DNA from: an uncultured delta proteobacterium | GTDB lineage: Bacteria > Myxococcota_A > Polyangia > Fen-1088 | DNA: 64,000 nt | Reading direction: 5' to 3' | NCBI GenBank assembly: GCA_963767925.1 | Contig: CAVYGB010000003.1 | Location: 1 to 64,000, forward strand | Shown: piece by piece, positions 57,381 to 64,000 of the stretch | Layout of the letters: each line of letters starts with the position of its first letter | Position numbering within the stretch: the first letter of the stretch is position 1 | Notes under the pieces: model-generated | Databases searched by the model: none | The model's input: the letters and a program-made list of their open reading frames with translations, nothing else | What the model was told of the DNA's origin: nothing | Made by a program: the position numbers and the translations under genes

Positions 57381-59768
57381 GTGAGCGACACCTCGCCTGA
57401 AGACACTTCTCCCGATCTGGGGTTCCTGGACTGGCCCGAGCTGCTCGAGCGGCTCGCGCTCCAGGCGCAGTCTGCCCGGGGCCAGGGGGCCTGCCGGAGC
57501 CTGGCGCTGGCGGCCGTTCCCGAGGAGGCCGAGGCGCGCATGGCCGACGTGGCCGAGGCGGTGGCCCTGGCCCGCGCGGGCGAGAGCCTGCCCGGGCTGA
57601 GCTTCCCCGAGGTGGAGCAACACCTCGACGCCGCCGAGAAGGGGGTGCCCCTGTCGGCCGAGGAGCTCAAGCAGGTGGCCGGCCAGTGCGAGGTGGCGCT
57701 GTCGGTGCGCCGCTGGTTCTCGCGGCTCGATCCGGGCGACGGCGCCGGGCCCACCCCGGGCGGGCCCCGGGCCACCCGCCTGCTGGCGGTGGCGGGCGAT
57801 CTGTCCGGGCAGGAGGAGATCGTCTTTCACGCCCGCGACACCTTCGACCCGAGCGGGGAGCTGCGCGACAGCGCCTCGCCCGAGCTGTTCCGCCTGCGCC
57901 GGGAGCGGGATCAGGTCGCCTCGCGGGTGCGGGGCGAGGCCGAGCGCCACCTGCGCTCCGAGGAGTATGCCCCCTACCTGCAGGACGAATACGTCACCCT
58001 GCGCGAGGACCGCTTCGTGCTGCCGCTCAAGGCCTCCTTCAAATCGATGGGGCTCGGCATCGTGCACGACACCTCCCGCTCGGGCGAGACGGTGTTCGTC
58101 GAGCCGACCGCCATGGTGGGCCTCAACAACCGGCTCAAGGTGGCGGAGATCGAGATCCGCCGGGAGAGCCGGCGCATCCTCGAGGAGCTCGCGGCCCTCA
58201 TCGCGGGGGCGGCGCCCTCGCTGCGGGCGGATCGGGAGATCCTCACCCGGCTCGACGTCATCTTCGCCTCGGCCCGGCTGGCCCTGGCCTACGACGGCAC
58301 GCCGGTCACCATCACGCGCGAGCCAGTGGTCGATCTGCGCGCCCTGCGCCACCCGCTGCTCGCGCTGCCCTCCAGCCGCTCGCCGGTGGTGGCCAACGAC
58401 GTCGCCCTCGGCGAGGTGCCGGGAAAGAGCGAGGCCAAGATCCTCGTGGTCAGCGGCCCCAACGCCGGCGGCAAGACCGTCCTGCTCAAGGCGGTGGGCC
58501 TGGCCGCCCTGGCCGCCCGGGCCGGGTTGCTGGTGCCCGCCGCGCCGGGCAGCCGGGTCGGGTTCTTCGATCGGGTGCTGGCCGACATCGGCGATCAGCA
58601 GTCGGTGGTGAGCGATCTGTCGACCTTCTCTGCCCACCTGGCCAACCTGGCCCGCATCATCGAGGCGGTGCAGGGCGCGTCGCCGGAGGCCCCCCTGCTG
58701 GTCCTGTGCGACGAGCTGATGGCCGGCACCCACCCCGAGCAGGGAGCGGCGCTGGCCCGGGCCACGCTGGAGGCCCTGGCCGAAGGTCCCGCGCTGGTCA
58801 TCACCACCACCCACTACGACAGCCTCAAGGCCCTGACCGAGGGGGACCGCCGCTTCCGCAACGCCGGCATGGAGTACGACCTCGAGCACCTGCGCCCCAC
58901 CTTCCGGCTGCGCGACGGCCTGCCCGGTCGCTCCTACGCCCTCGACATCGCCGCCCGCATGGGCCTGCCGGCCCCCGTGCTGGCGCGTGCCGAGGAGCTG
59001 CTCGACGCGAGCTCGCTTGGCCTCGAGAACGTCCTGCGCGATCTCGAGCAGCGCGAGGAGGGGCTGGTGCGGGCCGAGCAGGCCCTCGAGCAGGCCCGCC
59101 TGGCCCTCGAGGCGCGGGCCGAGGAGACCCAGGCCGCCACCCAGTCGCTGGTGCGCAAGGAGCGGGAGCTGGGGCTCAAGAGCCGCGAGCTGCTCGACCA
59201 GGCGGTGCGCGACGCGCGCAACGCCATCGCGGAGGTGGTCAAGGAGGTCAAGAGCCAGCGGTCGCTCAACAGCGCGGCGGTGGCCCGGCAGAAGGTGGAG
59301 CAGGAGGCGGCCAAGGCGCGGGCCAGCCTGCCCGAGCCGGCGCCCCTCGAGCTCGAGGTGAACAAGCTGCGCGAGGCGCTGGCCAGCCGGGCCCTCGGCC
59401 TCGGCGGTAAAAACGCCGGCAAGATCAGCGGCAAGATCAGCAGCAACGTAGGCGGCGGCGCCAGCGGGGGCAAGCCGGCCGCCCCCGCGCCGGAGCCGGC
59501 CGTGCCGATCGCCCTGCAGAGCCGGAGCAACTCGGTCGACGTGCGCGGCAAGCGCGCCGACGAGGCTCTGCGCGACATCGAGGCGTTCCTCGACAAGGCC
59601 GCCCTGGAAGGCTCCGACAACATCTTCGTGATCCACGGCCACGGCACCGGCGCCCTCCGCAAGGCGGTGCGCGAGTACCTGGCCAACTCTCCCTACGTGT
59701 CCCGCTTCCGCCCCGGCGGCGCCGGCGAGGGGGGCGACGGGGTCAGCGTCGTGTCGGTGCGGGGCTAG
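57381..59768 (+). CDS. mutS2: Endonuclease MutS2 with Smr domain
   Basis: GIVHD.S.SG.TVFVEP, SGPNAGGKT, DIGDQQS...LSTFSAH, TTHY, IHGHGTGALR. Confidence 0.95.
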   Translation: MSDTSPEDTSPDLGFLDWPELLERLALQAQSARGQGACRSLALAAVPEEAEARMADVAEAVALARAGESLPGLSFPEVEQHLDAAEKGVPLSAEELKQVAGQCEVALSVRRWFSRLDPGDGAGPTPGGPRATRLLAVAGDLSGQEEIVFHARDTFDPSGELRDSASPELFRLRRERDQVASRVRGEAERHLRSEEYAPYLQDEYVTLREDRFVLPLKASFKSMGLGIVHDTSRSGETVFVEPTAMVGLNNRLKVAEIEIRRESRRILEELAALIAGAAPSLRADREILTRLDVIFASARLALAYDGTPVTITREPVVDLRALRHPLLALPSSRSPVVANDVALGEVPGKSEAKILVVSGPNAGGKTVLLKAVGLAALAARAGLLVPAAPGSRVGFFDRVLADIGDQQSVVSDLSTFSAHLANLARIIEAVQGASPEAPLLVLCDELMAGTHPEQGAALARATLEALAEGPALVITTTHYDSLKALTEGDRRFRNAGMEYDLEHLRPTFRLRDGLPGRSYALDIAARMGLPAPVLARAEELLDASSLGLENVLRDLEQREEGLVRAEQALEQARLALEARAEETQAATQSLVRKERELGLKSRELLDQAVRDARNAIAEVVKEVKSQRSLNSAAVARQKVEQEAAKARASLPEPAPLELEVNKLREALASRALGLGGKNAGKISGKISSNVGGGASGGKPAAPAPEPAVPIALQSRSNSVDVRGKRADEALRDIEAFLDKAALEGSDNIFVIHGHGTGALRKAVREYLANSPYVSRFRPGGAGEGGDGVSVVSVRG

Positions 59769-61717
59769 TGCGCGGGCGGCTCGTGGCCCTGGGCGCGCTG
59801 GCGGCGTTCGCCGCCGGGAGCGTGGCGCTGGTCGGTCACTTCGCCCTGTTCTTCGCCCGGGCGGCCTTCCCCCTCGACCTCGAGTGGATGGAGGGGGGGC
59901 TGCTGCTGCATGCCTTGCGCTACGCCGAGGGCAAGAACATCTACGTGCCCCCCTCGCTCGAGTTCGTCCCCTACCTCTACACGCCGCTCTATCCGGCCCT
60001 GCTGGCCGCGCTGTCGAAGGTGGTGCCGCTGGGGTATCTGCTCGGGCGGCTCGTGTCGATCCTGGCGTTCGCCGGGGCGCTGGCGCTGCTGCTGCTGGCG
60101 GCGGTCCGGGCGGCGGGGCAGGGGGCGGGCGTCCCGGCCGCTTGCTGGCGGTCGCCGGTCCGGCTGGCCGGCCTGGGTCTGGGGGTGGGGGCGGCGGGGG
60201 CGGTGGCGGCGAGCTTCGTCGCCACCGGCGGCTTTTACGATCTCGTCCGGGCCGACTCGCTGCTGCTGGTGCTCGTCGCCGCGACGCTGTCTTTGGGCCT
60301 CGCCGCCGCCGCCGGGGGCGGGTACCGGACCGCCGCGGCGGCCGGCGTCCTGATCGCCCTGGCCTTCTTCAGCAAGCAGACCGCCTCGCTGCTGGGCGTG
60401 TCGATCGGGCTGGGGCTGCTGCTGGCCCGCTGGCGGCAGGGCCTCGTGTACGGCGCCGCCGCGGCGGTCACCCTGGGCCTGGGCCTGCTCCTGCTCGATC
60501 GAACCTCCGGCGGCTGGTTCTGGACCTACGTGTACGAGCTGCACCAGAGCCACGAATTTTACGCGCGCCGCGCCTTCGTCGAGACGCCGCTGCACCTGTT
60601 CCGGCTGGCGCGCCCGCTCTACCTGGTGTGGATCGTGGCCGGCGTCGCCCTCCTGCGCGCGCGCGCCCTCCACCGCCGCGACGTCGTTCACGTCGCGGCG
60701 GCCCTGGGGGGCGTGGTCTCGGCCTGCGTCGGCTTCGGCACCCAGTGGGCCTTCGACAACGCCTACATCCCGGCGATCTACTTTCCCGCCTTCTCGGCCG
60801 CGATCTGGACCGCCCGCCTGGCCGGGCTGGCCCTGGCCGCGCCCCGCGGGATCGCCTTGCCTGCGATCGCCGCCCTGGCCGGGCTGGCCCTGGCCTTCCA
60901 GGTGGTGCCGGCGGCGCTCCCCGATCGGCGCCGGCTGGCGCCCGGCCGGCAGGACCGTGTGGCGGCCCAGCGTTTCCTGGCCCACCTGCGCGGGCTGCCC
61001 GGCCCCCTGTTCATCCCCTTTCATCCCTATTACGCCGTGCTGGCCGGCCAGCCGCCCCACCTGCACCGGATGGGCGTCTGGGACGTCGGCGCCAGGCTGG
61101 GGCGACCGGCCGGGCTCGACGAGGCGCTGGCCGCCGGGCGGTTCTCCCACGTCGTGCTCGACTGGAAGTCGCAGCCCGGGGAGTGGCCCACCCTGGCCGG
61201 CCACTACCGGGAGGTCCACCAGTTCGCCGACGGGGTCGACGCGGTCCGCTCCTTCTCCGGCGCCGAGACCTCCCCCCGCCGCCTGCTCGCCCGGGCCAGC
61301 GCCGCCCCTCTGCCGGCCGGTGGGGCCCGCCTGTTCGACTTCGAGCGCGGTTATGCCGGCTTTCGTGCCAGCGGGGACGCCTTCGGCGCCGAGCCCGCCC
61401 CGGCCGCCCCCGATCTGTTCGGCACCGGGGCGGCCGACTCGCGCCGCGCTGGCCCCGGGGCCACTGGCGCGCTCACCTCGCCGCCCTTCACCGTCTCGCG
61501 CCCGCGCCTGCGCTTCACCCTGGCCGGCGACCGGGACCCCCGCCTGCGGGTCCTGCTGCTCGACGGCGCCGAGGCCAGCCACGTCGCCTCCCCCGTGGGC
61601 GCCACGACCACGGTCGAGTGGGATCTGACCCGGCTGGCCGGCCGCAGCGCGACCCTGGTCATCGAGGACGCCTCGACGACCGGGGGGCTGGCGGTTGACG
61701 AGGTCGTGGCGTTCTAG
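59768..61717 (+). CDS. Polytopic membrane protein, GT-C (ArnT/PMT-like) glycosyltransferase-like
   Basis: LEWMEG, YTPLYP, RADSL, AFFSKQT motifs, many TMs and a C-terminal soluble domain. Confidence 0.7.
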   Translation: MRGRLVALGALAAFAAGSVALVGHFALFFARAAFPLDLEWMEGGLLLHALRYAEGKNIYVPPSLEFVPYLYTPLYPALLAALSKVVPLGYLLGRLVSILAFAGALALLLLAAVRAAGQGAGVPAACWRSPVRLAGLGLGVGAAGAVAASFVATGGFYDLVRADSLLLVLVAATLSLGLAAAAGGGYRTAAAAGVLIALAFFSKQTASLLGVSIGLGLLLARWRQGLVYGAAAAVTLGLGLLLLDRTSGGWFWTYVYELHQSHEFYARRAFVETPLHLFRLARPLYLVWIVAGVALLRARALHRRDVVHVAAALGGVVSACVGFGTQWAFDNAYIPAIYFPAFSAAIWTARLAGLALAAPRGIALPAIAALAGLALAFQVVPAALPDRRRLAPGRQDRVAAQRFLAHLRGLPGPLFIPFHPYYAVLAGQPPHLHRMGVWDVGARLGRPAGLDEALAAGRFSHVVLDWKSQPGEWPTLAGHYREVHQFADGVDAVRSFSGAETSPRRLLARASAAPLPAGGARLFDFERGYAGFRASGDAFGAEPAPAAPDLFGTGAADSRRAGPGATGALTSPPFTVSRPRLRFTLAGDRDPRLRVLLLDGAEASHVASPVGATTTVEWDLTRLAGRSATLVIEDASTTGGLAVDEVVAF

Positions 61718-61729
61718 GAAGGTACGCCC

Positions 61730-62107
61730 ATGCGCAAGCCGGTCATCACGGACAAGGCCCCCAAGCCGGTGGGCCCCTATTCTCAGGCAATCATCGAGGG
61801 CGATCTGATCTTCCTGGCAGGGCAGGGCCCGGGCAACCCGGCCAGCGGCCAGCTCGAGCGGGGGGACGTCAAGGTCGAGACGCGCCAGACCCTGGAGAAC
61901 GTCAAGGCCATCCTCGAGGCGGCCGGCTCGTCGATCGACAAGGTCCTCAAGTGCAACGTCTACCTGCGGGACATCAACGACTTCGCGGCGATGAACGAGG
62001 TGTACGCCGCCTTCTTCAGCGCGCCTTATCCGGCCCGGACCACCATCCAGGCCGGCGCGCTGCCCGGGGGCATCGCGGTCGAGATCGAGTGCATCGCCCG
62101 CCGCTGA
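61730..62107 (+). CDS. ridA: RidA (YjgF/YER057c/UK114) enamine/imine deaminase
   Basis: AP.PVGPYSQAI, MNEVY..FF..PYPART, VEIECIA. Confidence 0.93.
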   Translation: MRKPVITDKAPKPVGPYSQAIIEGDLIFLAGQGPGNPASGQLERGDVKVETRQTLENVKAILEAAGSSIDKVLKCNVYLRDINDFAAMNEVYAAFFSAPYPARTTIQAGALPGGIAVEIECIARR

Positions 62108-62129
62108 GCGCGCGGGAGCAAGCTGCACC

Positions 62130-63140
62130 ATGAACGCCTTCGATCTCGACACCCCCTCGGTCTACGTCGACCTCGACATCCTCGAGCGCAACATCCGCTC
62201 GATGCAGGAGCGCTGCCGGGCCTGGGGCGTGGGGCTGCGCCCCCACGCCAAGACCCACAAGATCGCCGAGATCGCCCGCATGCAGCTCGACGCAGGGGCC
62301 ATCGGCATCACGGTGGCGAAGATCGGCGAGGCCGAGGTGCTGCCCGGCGACGACGTGCTCATCGCCTACCCGATCATGGCCGACAAGCTGCCGCGCCTGC
62401 GGGCGCTGGGGGCCAAGCGGCGGGTGACGGTTGTCGTCGACTCGCTCGAGGCCGCCCGCGCGCTGCCGGGGGTGGGCGCCATGGTCGAGGTGGACGTGGG
62501 CGCCGGCCGCTGCGGGGTCGAGACGCCCGAGCAGGTGGTGGCCATCGCCCGGGCCTGCGCCGAGTTCCGCGGCCTGTTCTACTGGCCGTCGTGGATCGAC
62601 GAGGCCGGCTTCGAGAAGGCCCGCCAGCGGGTCGACCTGCACGTCGCCGCCCTGAAGGCGGCCGGGTTCGACGTGCCGATCGTCTCGGGCGGCTCGACCC
62701 CCGGCGCCGCCAAGACGCCGCTGGTCCCCGCCACCACCGAGATCCGCCCCGGCACCTACGTCTTCAACGACGCGAGCTGCGTGGCCAACAACCTGGCGAA
62801 GATGGAGGACTGCGCCCTGCGGGTGCTCGTCACGGTCGTGAGCACCGCGGTGGCGGGCCAGTGCGTCGTCGACGGGGGGACAAAAACGTTCTCGGGCGAC
62901 GCGACGGTCAACGTCGGAACGCACGGCATCTTTCCGGAGCGACCCGACTGGACGATGACGAAGATGAACGAGGAGCACGGCTACGTCCGCAACGGCTCGC
63001 CGGCGCGGATCGGCGAGAAGGTCTGGGTCGTCCCCAGCCACGTCTGCACCACCGTCAACATGCACGACGAGATCGCCTACGGCCGCGGTGGCCGCGTCGA
63101 GGGCAGCTTTCGCGTCAGCGCCCGCGGCCGGGTTCGCTAG
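62130..63140 (+). CDS. DSD1/D-threonine aldolase family PLP enzyme
   Basis: LRPHAKTHK, SGGSTP, EIRPGTYVFND, EEHG, PSHVCTTVN. Confidence 0.9.
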   Translation: MNAFDLDTPSVYVDLDILERNIRSMQERCRAWGVGLRPHAKTHKIAEIARMQLDAGAIGITVAKIGEAEVLPGDDVLIAYPIMADKLPRLRALGAKRRVTVVVDSLEAARALPGVGAMVEVDVGAGRCGVETPEQVVAIARACAEFRGLFYWPSWIDEAGFEKARQRVDLHVAALKAAGFDVPIVSGGSTPGAAKTPLVPATTEIRPGTYVFNDASCVANNLAKMEDCALRVLVTVVSTAVAGQCVVDGGTKTFSGDATVNVGTHGIFPERPDWTMTKMNEEHGYVRNGSPARIGEKVWVVPSHVCTTVNMHDEIAYGRGGRVEGSFRVSARGRVR

Positions 63141-63301
63141 TCCCCTGGAAAGGTGATTTCTTGCCTATCTCGCCGGTCCTCTTCGTCCCTGGCTGCGTTG
63201 CTCGTCGGTTAAATACGCCGGGTATTCGCCCTCCTCGCGCCTTGCCAGGAACGAAGATGCCTCGCCGACATATGCAAGCCTTCACCTTTCCAGGGGACTA
63301 G
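63137..63301. mobile_element. ~165-bp CTAG-bounded palindromic element (MITE-like), copy 2
   Basis: Perfect 20-bp TIR CTAGTCCCCTGGAAAGGTGA; left CTAG contains the stop codon of the upstream gene; core shared with 27368-27530. Confidence 0.78.
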
Positions 63302-63557
63302 CCGGGCCTGAGCAGCGCGGGAACCCAGCTAGTCCTGCAATAGCTTCCCGCCCGCTCAGGGGCCCTCGCTCCGGGAGGGTGATCGCGATCGCGCGATGGC
63401 GCGCAGGAATCGCCGGAACATTCTCGACGGCCCGATCGAAATCGATACGGTTTTGACCTGGCGCGTGGGCGCACCCGTGCTAACGTGGTGGTTCTCGGCG
63501 CTCGCCTCTTCCGCAACAAAATCGGCGGGCGTCCGAGAAACCTGGTTGGAGTTGCTT

Positions 63558-64000
63558 ATGTCTTCGGTGAAGCGATCGGGCCCTGCGTGCCTGAGCCTGT
63601 TCGGGCTCGTCCTTGGCGCGGCCCTGTCGTTCGCGGGCTGCGGCACCAACTCCGTCGGCCTTCCGGTCGACGCCAGCTTGACGCCGCCACCCCCGCCTCC
63701 GACCCCGGACGCCGGCGTGCGCGTCCCGCCGGTCATCATGCCGCCCGACGGCGCGCCCGTCGAGCCGACCGACGGCGGTGCCGATCGGCCCCCGACGGTG
63801 ACCTGCCCGGCCACCAACCTGCAGCCCACCCCGGCCTGCACCTTCGGCTACCACGCGCTCAAGCGGGCCACGCCGGAGGTCGCCCTGGTCTTCGACCGGT
63901 CGAGCGCCATGTTGCGCATGGTCCCCGGCACCACCCAGAGCCGCTGGGGCGAGATGGTGGCGGCGGTCGAGGACTCGATCAAGAAGAGCCACGCGGGCCT
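63558..64000 (+). CDS. VWA-domain lipoprotein (CglB-like), truncated by the window end
   Basis: Manual translation MSSVKRSG...LSFAGC, Pro-rich linker, then VALVFDRSSAM...SRW (MIDAS-like); absent from the ORF track because there is no stop. Confidence 0.7.
   Translation, partial: MSSVKRSGPACLSLFGLVLGAALSFAGCGTNSVGLPVDASLTPPPPPPTPDAGVRVPPVIMPPDGAPVEPTDGGADRPPTVTCPATNLQPTPACTFGYHALKRATPEVALVFDRSSAMLRMVPGTTQSRWGEMVAAVEDSIKKSHAG

Noticed and set aside
1..64000. rRNA or tRNA genes
   Set aside because: No recognisable rRNA segments or tRNA cloverleaf/T-loop signatures noticed by eye; tRNAscan-SE would be decisive.

Overview
Very GC-rich bacterial DNA, most consistent with Myxococcota (DUF1552/DUF1592 pair, Cys-rich lipoproteins, Ser/Thr kinase-PEGA, VWA lipoprotein); this taxonomy is an inference. 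Bases 1-11.5 kb hold the distal end of a type I-G (I-U) CRISPR-Cas locus: a csb2 C-terminus, an antisense DUF222-HNH gene, cas4-cas1, cas2, a leader and about 75 copies of a 36-bp repeat. The trailer end of the array is split by a 1.6-kb insert, bounded by a duplicated 15-bp repeat core, that carries a (GGxNL)24 lipoprotein gene and a tyrosine-integrase remnant. This leaves an orphan half-repeat/spacer/degenerate-repeat unit downstream. The rest is mixed accessory and housekeeping DNA: AbgT and APC transporters, hydrolases, a multicopper oxidase with Leu at the axial position, an MMPL-MlaC-TolC operon, an IclR-Rieske-2x FAD oxidoreductase-GcvT-like catabolic operon, two T3SS-needle-like paralogs with identical 56-aa C-termini, FRG, MutS2, RidA and a DSD1-family PLP enzyme. 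Non-coding elements include two CTAG-bounded ~165-bp palindromic elements with a covarying core and two REP-bracketed tandem arrays. All calls come from motif recognition by eye; no database searches were run, and many start codons are best guesses.
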